Source of the DNA: an uncultured Mariniphaga sp.
GTDB lineage: Bacteria; Bacteroidota; Bacteroidia; Bacteroidales; Prolixibacteraceae
DNA: 64,000 nucleotides
Direction: 5' to 3'
Assembly (NCBI GenBank): GCA_964624645.1
Contig: CAZVAD010000001.1
Coordinates: 11,394 to 75,393, forward strand
This document shows positions 40,276 to 49,575 of the stretch, piece by piece. Positions within the stretch are counted from its first letter, which is position 1, and each line of letters opens with the position of its first letter. Below the pieces are notes generated by a model. It worked only from the letters and a program-made list of their open reading frames with translations, was not told where the DNA came from and did no database searches. Made by a program: the position numbers and the translations under genes.

Positions 40276-41784
40276 TTAAAAATGGTTGATGTAATGAGCT
40301 TTTTTCCAGCGGCTTTGTGCGGGAACAAAACCCTGATTGCTGCTTTTGTGTATCTGGCTTAATTTGTCCATATAATCAATATATGCCGCAATCAGCACCA
40401 TATCTTCGCAATCTTCACAGGTTTTTCCGGAAATCAGTTGTCCCTGGTTCTTTTCAATGAAATGGGTGTCGTATTTCCCATCAATGAAATCGGCATGATT
40501 CATTATGCGTTCCAAGAATTTGATGGAAGTTTTCACCCCGGTGATTTTGTATTCATACAGCGCCCTGCGCATCCTTCGGATTGCTTCATCCCTGTTTCCG
40601 CCCCAGACAATCAGTTTCGAAATCATGGGGTCATAATGGATGGGTATCTCGTAGCCTTCATACACATAGCCGTCTGTTCTGACGCCTAATCCGAGCGGCT
40701 CAGAGATTTTATAAATCTTCCCGGAACTTGGCATGAAATTATTGTCGGGGTCTTCCGCATAAATTCTGCACTCAATGGAATGTCCGCGAATAAACAGTTC
40801 ATCCTGAGATATTTCCAGTGGATTGCCTTCGGCAATTTTAATCTGCTGCTTGACCAGGTCCACTCCGGAAACCCTTTCGGTAATGGGGTGCTCCACCTGA
40901 AGGCGGGTGTTCATTTCCAGAAAATAGTAATTCAGCGCATCATCTACCAGAAACTCAATGGTTCCGGCGCCTGCATACTGCACTGCTTTGGCTGCCTCCA
41001 CTGCCGCTTCTCCCATTTTTTGCCGGAGTTCCGGTGTCATAATGGGCGAGGGAGTCTCTTCTATCATTTTCTGGTGCCGGCGCTGAATGGAACATTCGCG
41101 TTCAAAAAGATGGATGGCATTTCCGTGTTTGTCGCCAAGGATTTGAAATTCGATATGGTGCGGTGAAGCGATATATTTTTCAATATAAACCGAACCGTTT
41201 CCAAATGATGCTTTGGCTTCGGAGCGTGCAGCGCGGACGGCAGAAGCCACTTCGTGTTCGTGGTGCACGAGGCGCATGCCTTTCCCGCCGCCTCCCGCCG
41301 ATGCCTTAATCATCACCGGCAATCCGATCTCTTTGATTGCCCGGAATGCATCTTCATCAGAATCAATGCTTCCTTCCGTTCCGGGAACAATGGGAATGCC
41401 TGCTTTTTTCATTGCCTCGCGGGCTTTGATTTTGTCGCCCATCCGGTCAATGACCTCGGGGGAAGGGCCAATAAATATAATACCTTCTTCTTCGCAGCGT
41501 TTGGCAAATTGCGAGTTTTCGGATAAAAAACCATAACCAGGATGTATGGCGTCCGAACCGCTTTTCTTTGCTGTTTCAATGATCTTCTCAATATTCAGAT
41601 AGCTTTCAGCTGATGGCGCTTTGCCGATGTAGTATGCTTCATCGGAATACCTGACATGAAGGGAAGTGCGGTCAGCCTCAGAAAAAACTGCCACTGACCG
41701 GATATCCATTTCCCGGCATGTGCGCATGATGCGTATGGCAATTTCACCCCTGTTGGCTACAAGAATTTTCTTAATATGCTTCAT
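40276..41784 (-). CDS. accC: biotin carboxylase subunit of acetyl/acyl-CoA carboxylase
   Basis: KKILVANRGEIAIRI, an ATP-grasp region (MIKASAGGGGKGMRLV) and EMNTRLQVEHPITE. I prefer the ATG at 41784. Confidence 0.95.
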   Translation of the reverse strand: MKHIKKILVANRGEIAIRIMRTCREMDIRSVAVFSEADRTSLHVRYSDEAYYIGKAPSAESYLNIEKIIETAKKSGSDAIHPGYGFLSENSQFAKRCEEEGIIFIGPSPEVIDRMGDKIKAREAMKKAGIPIVPGTEGSIDSDEDAFRAIKEIGLPVMIKASAGGGGKGMRLVHHEHEVASAVRAARSEAKASFGNGSVYIEKYIASPHHIEFQILGDKHGNAIHLFERECSIQRRHQKMIEETPSPIMTPELRQKMGEAAVEAAKAVQYAGAGTIEFLVDDALNYYFLEMNTRLQVEHPITERVSGVDLVKQQIKIAEGNPLEISQDELFIRGHSIECRIYAEDPDNNFMPSSGKIYKISEPLGLGVRTDGYVYEGYEIPIHYDPMISKLIVWGGNRDEAIRRMRRALYEYKITGVKTSIKFLERIMNHADFIDGKYDTHFIEKNQGQLISGKTCEDCEDMVLIAAYIDYMDKLSQIHKSSNQGFVPAQSRWKKAHYINHF

Positions 41785-42064
41785 GAATGCTAATTTCAAA
41801 TATGCAATTTCAATCAATTAATAACTGTGGTTTGGTTAAATTGTTTATTTCAGGTTCTTTATATTTTATTTATGCAAGTTAATTTTGAAGTTACATTATC
41901 TCCGTAAAATGATGTTAATAAATCTAAATTCACTTTTTTTGCCCGAAAGAAATAACACTTTTTTAGAAACATTGAAAAACAGAGTCAAATAATTTCAGAA
42001 TATCTTTTGTTTTGTGATTCATCAATTCATATTATCTTTATCTCTTAAAAACTAATAAATATTA

Positions 42065-44677
42065 ATGTTCCGGAAAATTCCGAGTGTTTTCATAATGGTT
42101 GTCATGTCTTTGTGCGTGGGCGCTCAGGATTTTGAATATAATCTGTCTGATGATTCCCTGGTGAATCATTATGCCGGAATCCGGCGGATTTATTACGCCA
42201 CCCGCATTGCGGATGCACCGAAGATTGACGGCAGGTTAGACGATGCATGCTGGCAGGAATCGGGGATATGGGACAGTGGATTCATTCAGCAGATTCCGAA
42301 CCAGGCGCAGCCCGCTTCGCAGGAAACACGGATTAAAATCTTATATGATGATCATTATCTGTACGTAGGCATTGCCTGTGATGACAAGGAACCCGAAAAA
42401 ATCCGCCGGGTTTTGGGACGGCGCGACATGAACAATGGCGATGTTGCCGGCATAGCGCTGGATACCTATTTTGACAAGCAGACTGCCTTTGAATTTAACG
42501 TCACGGCTGCCGGCCAAAAAGTAGATATGATGCATCTGGGGGAATATGTCTGGGATTTTAACTGGGATGCCGTCTGGGATGGAAAATCATCGGTCGGTGA
42601 TTCAGCCTGGTATGCTGAAATACGAATTCCTTTTAATCAGCTGAGATTTGCCCAACGGGATCAGCAAATCTGGGGAATGCACGTCTGGAGATGGATTGAC
42701 AGACTGAACGAGGAGAACCACTGGAAACTTATTCCCGTGGATGCCCCGGGAATGGTTTATATTTTTGGCGAGCTGCGCGGAATTCGTGATATTTCCACCA
42801 AAAGGAATTTTGAATTTCTTCCGTATTCAAAAATTAAATATGTTCCCGATGCGATTAAGCGGCTGACTCCCGGATTTGGTTTTGACGGCAAAATCGGAGT
42901 AACTTCCGATTTTACGTTGGACTACACCATTAATCCCGACTTTGGTCAGGTTGAAGCGGATCCTTCGGTGCTGAATCTCACCGCTTACGAAGTTTTCTAT
43001 GACGAAAAAAGGCCGTTTTTTTTAGAAGGAAATAATATCCTCAATTTCAATGCAGGAAGTGACCTGCTTTTTTATTCGCGGAGAATTGGTGCAGCCCCGG
43101 ATTATCAGCCCGGTTTGCAGCCGGGGGAGAAAATGTCCATGCCCGATCAGACTACAATACTGAGCGCCTTAAAACTTACGGGAAAAAATCACGCCGGACT
43201 TTCATTGGGCATAATCAACAGCATGACTGCTGCTGAAAATGCTGCCATTTTTTCAGACAACGGAAACAGAAAAGAGCGGGTTGAGCCTTTTACCAACTAT
43301 TTTGTGGGGAGGTTAAAACAGGATTTCAATGACGGAAATACAGCTTTTGGCGGAATGGTAACTTCCGTTGTGCGGAATATCAAAGAAGACCACTTGAATT
43401 TTTTACCGGACAATTCATTTGCCGGAGGAGTTGATTTTTTACATTACTGGAAAAATCGCAAATATTATGTTGATTTCAAGGGGTTTGCATCCAAAGTTTC
43501 AGGCAGTGAGCAGGCCATTGCAAATCTTCAGCTTGATCCCCGCCATCTGTTTCAGCGGGAAGATGCCGGACATCTTGAATATAAGGAAGGATTGACCGGC
43601 CTTGAAGGCTGGGGCGGACAATTGTCCGGGGGAAAAAGTAGCGGCAAATTGAGGCTGGAAGTTGAGCTCGACTGGCGCTCTCCCGGTGTTGAACTGAATG
43701 ATGTGGGGTATTTGTGGCAGGCAGACTATATCAATCAGGGGCTGAATTTCCTCTATTGGGTAAATAAGCCAAAAGGTGTGCTGAACAGCTATTATATCAG
43801 CTTCGACCAAAAGCACAAAAGGAGTTACGGAGGCGAAAAACTTGGAGACGAAATTCATGGAAATGTTCGCTTTCAGTTTAAAAATCTATGGAAACTGGAT
43901 CTGTTTGGCAGTCGCGAGTTTTTCAATCTGGACACCCGCGAATTACGCGGTGGTCCTGCACTTCGCAAGGACGGGGAAAATATGGCCCGGCTCTTTCTGC
44001 AAACCAATCCCAGCAAGGATTTAATTTTGGGCGGCGGTCCTATGGCTACATGGAATGATGATAAAACAGGCCACTCCGAGAACTATATGTTCGTTGTCAG
44101 ATGGCTGATTGCCGGATGGATAAGCTTTGACTCCAACACACAATTTACTAAGACAGTTGACAACAATCAATACGTTGCACAGTCGGATATTGATGGCGTC
44201 AGGGAATACATTGTCGGGAAAATAAACCGCAAACTGCTTACCACAACCCTGAGGGCGGAAATTTTTGCCACCCCCGAGCTCTCTTTTCAGTATTACGGAA
44301 ATCCTTATGCAACTGTCGGGAGGTACGAAGATTTCAGAAAAGTGGAACGGGCAAAGTCAGTTCATTTCGCGGAGCGGTTTTCGCCGTTGGCTGTTCAGCA
44401 AAACGAAGGTGAAAGATTTTTGGCAGACGAAAAAGGGAACAATCTGCTGAACCTGGATTTATACAATCCCGATTTTAATTTTCAGGAATTTCGCTCCAAC
44501 TTTGTGGCACGCTGGGAATACAAAACCGGTTCAACGCTCTATTTTGTCTGGACAAACACACGAACACGCTACCAAAACGTTTATGAGCCCTCCGTTTTTG
44601 AAAGCCTGAAAGGAATTCACAAAGTTAAAGCTGAAAATGCTTTTATGCTGAAAGTGAGTTTTTGGTTCTCCATTTAA
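42065..44677 (+). CDS. CBM9-like / DUF5916 family exported protein
   Basis: Signal peptide MFRKIPSVFIMVVMSLCVGAQ. The CBM9-like region (APKIDGRLDDACWQE...YLYVGIACDD...WYAEIRIPFNQL) is homologous to 28684-30858. Confidence 0.75.
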   Translation: MFRKIPSVFIMVVMSLCVGAQDFEYNLSDDSLVNHYAGIRRIYYATRIADAPKIDGRLDDACWQESGIWDSGFIQQIPNQAQPASQETRIKILYDDHYLYVGIACDDKEPEKIRRVLGRRDMNNGDVAGIALDTYFDKQTAFEFNVTAAGQKVDMMHLGEYVWDFNWDAVWDGKSSVGDSAWYAEIRIPFNQLRFAQRDQQIWGMHVWRWIDRLNEENHWKLIPVDAPGMVYIFGELRGIRDISTKRNFEFLPYSKIKYVPDAIKRLTPGFGFDGKIGVTSDFTLDYTINPDFGQVEADPSVLNLTAYEVFYDEKRPFFLEGNNILNFNAGSDLLFYSRRIGAAPDYQPGLQPGEKMSMPDQTTILSALKLTGKNHAGLSLGIINSMTAAENAAIFSDNGNRKERVEPFTNYFVGRLKQDFNDGNTAFGGMVTSVVRNIKEDHLNFLPDNSFAGGVDFLHYWKNRKYYVDFKGFASKVSGSEQAIANLQLDPRHLFQREDAGHLEYKEGLTGLEGWGGQLSGGKSSGKLRLEVELDWRSPGVELNDVGYLWQADYINQGLNFLYWVNKPKGVLNSYYISFDQKHKRSYGGEKLGDEIHGNVRFQFKNLWKLDLFGSREFFNLDTRELRGGPALRKDGENMARLFLQTNPSKDLILGGGPMATWNDDKTGHSENYMFVVRWLIAGWISFDSNTQFTKTVDNNQYVAQSDIDGVREYIVGKINRKLLTTTLRAEIFATPELSFQYYGNPYATVGRYEDFRKVERAKSVHFAERFSPLAVQQNEGERFLADEKGNNLLNLDLYNPDFNFQEFRSNFVARWEYKTGSTLYFVWTNTRTRYQNVYEPSVFESLKGIHKVKAENAFMLKVSFWFSI

Positions 44678-44687
44678 TTCATTGACG

Positions 44688-44695
44688 TATCTTTG
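44688..44695 (+). promoter_or_regulatory. -7 box (TATCTTTG) immediately upstream of the MATE gene
   Basis: Exact TAnnTTTG ending 5 nt before the ATG at 44701. Confidence 0.4.
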
Positions 44696-44700
44696 GCGCC

Positions 44701-46038
44701 ATGAAAATGGCGAATTACATACCGTTTTATAAGAGCAATCTACGCCTGGCTGTTCCTGTTATTCTTTCCCATGCAGGTCAAATCACTGTATCACTGGCTG
44801 ATAATATCATGGTGGGGCACGTGGGGACTACCGAGCTTGCGGCGGCAGCTTTTGCGAACAATGTTTTTACTGTCGGGATGTTTTTCGGGATGGGAGTAAC
44901 CATCGGTTCCACGCCGCTTATTGGCAGAGCTTTCGGAAACAACCGGATGGAAGAGGTTGTGCAGTGGTTGAAAAATGGGATTTTTACACATTTTCTGACG
45001 GCTGTGGTGCTCTCATTTGCTATGGTGGGTGCCTATTTTTTCCTTCCGCGGATGGGGCAACCTCCCAGTGTGCTGGAGCTTGCAAAACCCTATTATCTGA
45101 TTTTATGTGCATCCTATCTGCCGTTTATGCTTTTCTTTTCGATGAAGCAGTTTTTTGAAGGAATCGGAAATACTAAAATTGCAATGCAAATCACTCTGAT
45201 TTCCAACGTGATAAATATTGCAGTGAACTATGTTCTGATTTATGGCAAACTTGGATTTCCGGCGATGGGCCTTGTCGGTGCCGGAATCGGGACTTTGGTG
45301 GCCAGAATTTCCATGCCGCTGATGTATATCATATACATTCTGCGGATTACCCGCTATAAAAACTACTTTTCACATGCCCACCGCCAGGCTTATAGCATTA
45401 AGCGAATTTTTGCATTGTTGAAAATCGGAATCCCGGTAGGTTTTCAGATTGTTATTGAGGGATTGACATTCAGCCTTGGCGCTGTGATGATGGGATGGCT
45501 TGGTGAAACGCCTCTTGCTGCCAATCAGGTTGCAATCGGGCTTGCAAGTTTTTCCTATATGATTTCACTGGGGATTGCGCAGGCAACTACAATCCGGGTG
45601 AGTCACCAGTTGGGAAAAAACAATTATCAATCCTTGAAAATGGCTGTTTATGCTTCCTCGCACATGGTGCTTTTGTTTATGATGTGTATGGGGCTGGTTT
45701 TTGTTTTTGCCCGGAATCACCTTCCGCTGATATTTACCAAAGATGCTGAGGTAGTGGCTGTGGCTGCGCAACTGCTGATTGTGGCTGCAATTTTTCAGGT
45801 TTTCGACGGGTTGCAGGTTATTATGCTCAGTGCATTGCGGGGAATGGCGGATGTGAGAATTCCCATGTTTATGGCATTTGCATCATATATTCTCGCCGGA
45901 ATTCCGTCGGGATACCTTTTTGCTTTTCTGATGAATGTCGGACCAACGGGGATTTGGTATGGCTATCTTTTGGGATTGGGGTTTGCCGGATTTTTATTCT
46001 TTTTTCGCTTTAAACATAATATTACCGGGAAAGCATAA
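44701..46038 (+). CDS. MATE-family multidrug efflux transporter
   Basis: 445 aa and about 12 TM segments. NorM-like N-terminus (LRLAVPVILSHAGQITVSLADNIMVGHVG) and an internal duplication pattern. Confidence 0.9.
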   Translation: MKMANYIPFYKSNLRLAVPVILSHAGQITVSLADNIMVGHVGTTELAAAAFANNVFTVGMFFGMGVTIGSTPLIGRAFGNNRMEEVVQWLKNGIFTHFLTAVVLSFAMVGAYFFLPRMGQPPSVLELAKPYYLILCASYLPFMLFFSMKQFFEGIGNTKIAMQITLISNVINIAVNYVLIYGKLGFPAMGLVGAGIGTLVARISMPLMYIIYILRITRYKNYFSHAHRQAYSIKRIFALLKIGIPVGFQIVIEGLTFSLGAVMMGWLGETPLAANQVAIGLASFSYMISLGIAQATTIRVSHQLGKNNYQSLKMAVYASSHMVLLFMMCMGLVFVFARNHLPLIFTKDAEVVAVAAQLLIVAAIFQVFDGLQVIMLSALRGMADVRIPMFMAFASYILAGIPSGYLFAFLMNVGPTGIWYGYLLGLGFAGFLFFFRFKHNITGKA

Positions 46039-46043
46039 AAAAA

Positions 46044-46068
46044 GGGTTATCGTTAAGAAAGATAACCC
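46044..46068 (+). terminator. possible terminator hairpin after the MATE gene
   Basis: GGGTTATC (9-nt loop) GATAACCC. The downstream T-tract is weak. Confidence 0.3.
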
Positions 46069-46297
46069 GATTGTTCACAATTTAGTTAGACCTGTACAAA
46101 TATTGGTTTAACAGAGAAAAGGTAGTGCTACAAGTAATATTCTATTTACATTGTCTTAAAACTGTGCTAATATAGCATTAAATTAAGTTAATTGTGAAAT
46201 AAAATTAAAAAATTATTAATAAATGTTAACAGAAAACTTTTTGTATTTTGTATAACGCTGATACATAAGATAATAAAAAACTGGCGATTAGGCCTGG

Positions 46298-46314
46298 AAA
46301 AAACCGGTTTTTTT
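46298..46314. repeat. perfect palindrome AAAAAACCGGTTTTTT(T)
   Basis: Read directly from the sequence, inside a 420-bp AT-rich intergenic region. Confidence 0.5.
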
Positions 46315-46344
46315 GAATCTTGCACAATAATTTTCTGAAAAACA

Positions 46345-46368
46345 AAAACTTTTTAAAACTTTTTAAAA
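46345..46368. repeat. tandem repeat of AAAACTTTTT (2.4 copies)
   Basis: Read directly from the sequence: AAAACTTTTTAAAACTTTTTAAAA. Confidence 0.5.
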
Positions 46369-46457
46369 GAATATCTTAAAAAAGATTAAATTATGCGGAT
46401 TGTTAAAATCTATATTCCTGAAGTTTTTGGCAGACAAAACAATTAATTAAGCAGTTT

Positions 46458-47465
46458 ATGAGACTCCTTTCATTATTTATCGGGATTCTGTTCTTTTTAC
46501 CGGTGTGTTTTGCAAAAGCACAATATTATTCCTTGCAGGTGGTTATCCAGAATCAGCCGGATAAACCTGTGGTTTTGGGAACGGTTTCGGGTGAAGAATT
46601 CACCCCTCTTGATACCCTCTCTCTTGAAAAAAATGGTGCCAACAGCTTGACGAAAATGGTGCGTTACGAATTTCCGAAGGATGCTGTATGTGGAATGTAC
46701 CGTCTGATTTTTGGCCAGACGACCTATGCGCTGGTTATGGATGAACCGCCTCAGCAGCTTGATTTCATTTTCAACAATGAAACCATAGTCTTTGAAACGG
46801 ATTATAATAATCCCGAAGGCAGCCTGAAAATTTCACAATCGGAAGAGAACAGGGTCTGGTTTGATTTTCTGAAAAAAGAAAAAGTACTCCGGGAACAATT
46901 CAGGCAGATTGAAAAAAGTATTGATTTTCATCATTCTGAAGTGAGCAGACTAAAATCCTCTTCACTTCCATCGGCTGAGGCAGAGTCGGTGCTGAGTGGA
47001 AAGGCCAACGAGTTTAATCAGCTGCAGCTTGAGCGTGAGGGGTTTATAAAGAAGATAGTTGATGAAAATGAAAAACTGCTTGTTTCCCGCTTCATCAATT
47101 TATACCGCGAACCTTTCCGGGATGCTTTTCTGAATCCGGCAGAACGTCTGGCGCATTTTCAGCGGGAATATTTCACTTTTGTTGATTTCAATGATGAAAC
47201 GCTGATTTATTCATCAGTTTTGACCGATAAGATTTTCGATTATTTATTGACATGGAACAATCCGGGGCTGAAAAGAGAGCAGCGTGAAATTGCATATATT
47301 AAAGCTGTTAATGGCCTGATGTCAAACCTGTCGCCGGAAAAAGGTCAGATTAATGATAAAATGAAAAAATTTGTTCTGGACTATCTCAAAACAGGTTTCA
47401 ACAGGCTGGGAATGGAAAGTATTGTTACCTATATTTCGGAAAGATATCCGGAAAATAAATGGTGA
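46458..47465 (+). CDS. hypothetical exported protein
   Basis: Signal peptide MRLLSLFIGILFFLPVCFAKAQ. A beta-rich N-terminal part is followed by a helical, charged region. No catalytic motif was recognised. Confidence 0.55.
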   Translation: MRLLSLFIGILFFLPVCFAKAQYYSLQVVIQNQPDKPVVLGTVSGEEFTPLDTLSLEKNGANSLTKMVRYEFPKDAVCGMYRLIFGQTTYALVMDEPPQQLDFIFNNETIVFETDYNNPEGSLKISQSEENRVWFDFLKKEKVLREQFRQIEKSIDFHHSEVSRLKSSSLPSAEAESVLSGKANEFNQLQLEREGFIKKIVDENEKLLVSRFINLYREPFRDAFLNPAERLAHFQREYFTFVDFNDETLIYSSVLTDKIFDYLLTWNNPGLKREQREIAYIKAVNGLMSNLSPEKGQINDKMKKFVLDYLKTGFNRLGMESIVTYISERYPENKW

Positions 47466-47554
47466 CTACCGAAAGTCCGGTTGTGGCAATTTTAGTGTTT
47501 TCGGTGAAATAAAATATAGAGAGACACGCTTTTAAACATTATAAAATTTCAGGT

Positions 47555-48547
47555 ATGAGTAAGGTATATAACTGGGCTGTTTTGGGTTGCGGACGTATCG
47601 CCAAAAAATTCAGCAGCGATTTGAAGCTGCTGCCAAATGCCCGTCTTTATGCGGCGGCTTCGCGCGATTTGACAAGAGCGCAGGATTTTGTCCGTGAAAA
47701 TGGTTTTGAAAAAGCTTATGGCAGCTACGAAGAGATGGTTTCCGATCCCTTGGTGGATATTGTGTATGTGGCAACGCCACATTCGCATCATTATGAGCAC
47801 ACATTGCTTTGCCTGAAGAATAAAAAAGCCGTTTTGTGCGAGAAAGCCTTTGCTATCAACAAGCGGGAAGCGGAGGAGATGGTTGCCTGCGCGAAAGAGC
47901 ACAACACCTTTTTGATGGAGGCATTCTGGACCATGTTCCAGCCAAGTTATACCAAAGCCATGGAAATTATCCGTTCAGGCGAGCTTGGCAAACTCCGGGT
48001 TGTGCGTTCTGATTTTGCATTCAAAGGATTTTTTGACCCGCAAAAGCGATTGTACAACGTTGCTTTAGGTGGCGGTTCACTGCTTGATATCGGGATTTAT
48101 CCGGTGTTTGCGGCGCTCACTTCCCTTGGGAAGCCCGAAGCCATTAAGACTTTTGCCGATTTCAGTTCCACCGGTTCCGAAGAATCCATCAGTATCCTTT
48201 TTAGCTATGAAAATGGCGAAATGGCCAATCTCACTTCAAGCTTTGCGGCTTATTCGCCAACTCAAACCGAATACTGGTTTGAAAAAGGGTATATGATTTT
48301 GAATCCCAGGTGGTTTACACCGACAAATATCACGCTTTGGAAAGAGGGTGCAGAAGTCCAGACTTTTCCATCGGAGCACAGGCAGGGATTTGGTTATCAG
48401 TATGAAGCGGCTCATGTAATGGACTGCCTCGACAGCGGAAAAATTGAAAGCGACAGAATGCCCTGGCAGCTGAGCCTTGATTTGATGGAGACCCTGGATC
48501 GGATCCGTGCGGATGCAGGAATCGTTTTTCCGGAACACGATTCCTGA
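47555..48547 (+). CDS. Gfo/Idh/MocA-family NAD(P)-dependent oxidoreductase
   Basis: Rossmann N-terminus WAVLGCGRIAKKF and the EKA motif (VLCEKAFAIN). There is no signal peptide. Confidence 0.9.
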   Translation: MSKVYNWAVLGCGRIAKKFSSDLKLLPNARLYAAASRDLTRAQDFVRENGFEKAYGSYEEMVSDPLVDIVYVATPHSHHYEHTLLCLKNKKAVLCEKAFAINKREAEEMVACAKEHNTFLMEAFWTMFQPSYTKAMEIIRSGELGKLRVVRSDFAFKGFFDPQKRLYNVALGGGSLLDIGIYPVFAALTSLGKPEAIKTFADFSSTGSEESISILFSYENGEMANLTSSFAAYSPTQTEYWFEKGYMILNPRWFTPTNITLWKEGAEVQTFPSEHRQGFGYQYEAAHVMDCLDSGKIESDRMPWQLSLDLMETLDRIRADAGIVFPEHDS

Positions 48548-48632
48548 AAAAGTCCGGGTTCCACACCGGGAGAGATGAAAAAAACCCGGAAGTTTATAAA
48601 ACTGCCGGGTTAAGCTTTTCAAAGGATTCGCA

Positions 48633-49547
48633 TTACAGCAATGCGATGATTCTGTCCATCCTTTCTGAAATATCTTTCAGCCGGTTTCTATCGCCACCAC
48701 CGACTTCAGCTGTCAGCCAGCCTCCTTTGTGATTGATTTCACGGATTGATTGCATAACCACCGGCCAGTTGTTGTCGCCTTCGAGAAGTTCCACGCCAAA
48801 TCCTTTGCGCAACCCCTCTTCGTTCATTATTTTCCGGCTGAACTCCTTGATGTGAAGTTTCATGATCCGGTTGTTCAATGTTTTGATCCAGTGCTCAGGC
48901 CACCCATAGCGCAAAATATTTCCGATATCGAAATACCAGCCGATCAGCGGATGGTTGATTTCATCCACAAACCGTTTGGCTTCCAACGGGCTCAGGAGAA
49001 AGTTGTTCCACACATTTTCCACGGCAATCTGCATTCCTGTTTTTTCAGCATAAGGGATTAATTTGCGGAATGAATCCAGAGCAGTTATGTAAGCCTGTTC
49101 GTAGGATACATTTTCGTTGACCACCCCGGGGACCACCAAAACCGTATCGCCGCCAAATGCTTTCACCTCTTCCAGTGATTTGGCCACAGATTTTATACAC
49201 TCCTCCCGCACCTGCGGATCGGGGTCGGAGAGCGGCTTTTGCCAGTGATCCTTGTTCACCACGCTGGGCAGTTCAATGCCCGATTTTTCCTTTGCACTCA
49301 AAACCTCTGAAATATTGAAGTCCACCGGACTGTTCAGCTCAACTCCGTCAAACCCCAGGTCTTTCACGAGTTTGAATTTATCCACGAGAGATAAATCCTC
49401 CTTAATCATTCCAAAACCCAACCCTTTTTTCAGCGTTACCTTGCCGGCAGGACTTTTTTGGGCAGCTTTCGCAGTCATCAGCGGAGCTGACATTACAGAT
49501 GCGCCGGTAATCAGGGAAGCAGTTCGGATAAAATTTTTTCTGTTCAT
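48633..49547 (-). CDS. xylose-isomerase-like TIM-barrel protein (sugar phosphate isomerase/epimerase family), exported
   Basis: N-terminal signal MNRKNFIRTASLITGASVMSAPLMTAKA (an RK variant of the twin-arginine motif). AP-endonuclease-2/TIM-barrel-like body (GFDGVEL ... ENVWN ... HIKE). Confidence 0.8.
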   Translation of the reverse strand: MNRKNFIRTASLITGASVMSAPLMTAKAAQKSPAGKVTLKKGLGFGMIKEDLSLVDKFKLVKDLGFDGVELNSPVDFNISEVLSAKEKSGIELPSVVNKDHWQKPLSDPDPQVREECIKSVAKSLEEVKAFGGDTVLVVPGVVNENVSYEQAYITALDSFRKLIPYAEKTGMQIAVENVWNNFLLSPLEAKRFVDEINHPLIGWYFDIGNILRYGWPEHWIKTLNNRIMKLHIKEFSRKIMNEEGLRKGFGVELLEGDNNWPVVMQSIREINHKGGWLTAEVGGGDRNRLKDISERMDRIIALL

Positions 49548-49575
49548 TTTACTATTTGTATTAAATTAAATAATC

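Noticed and set aside
47471-47480. GAAAGTCCGG here, and AAAAGTCCGGGTTCC at 48547-48575, resemble the conserved GGAAAGUCCGGGC core of RNase P RNA.
   Set aside because: Both lie in intergenic gaps of about 85-90 bp, far too short for a roughly 350-nt RNase P RNA. The flanking P4/P1 elements are absent. The second is better explained as part of a hairpin between convergent genes.
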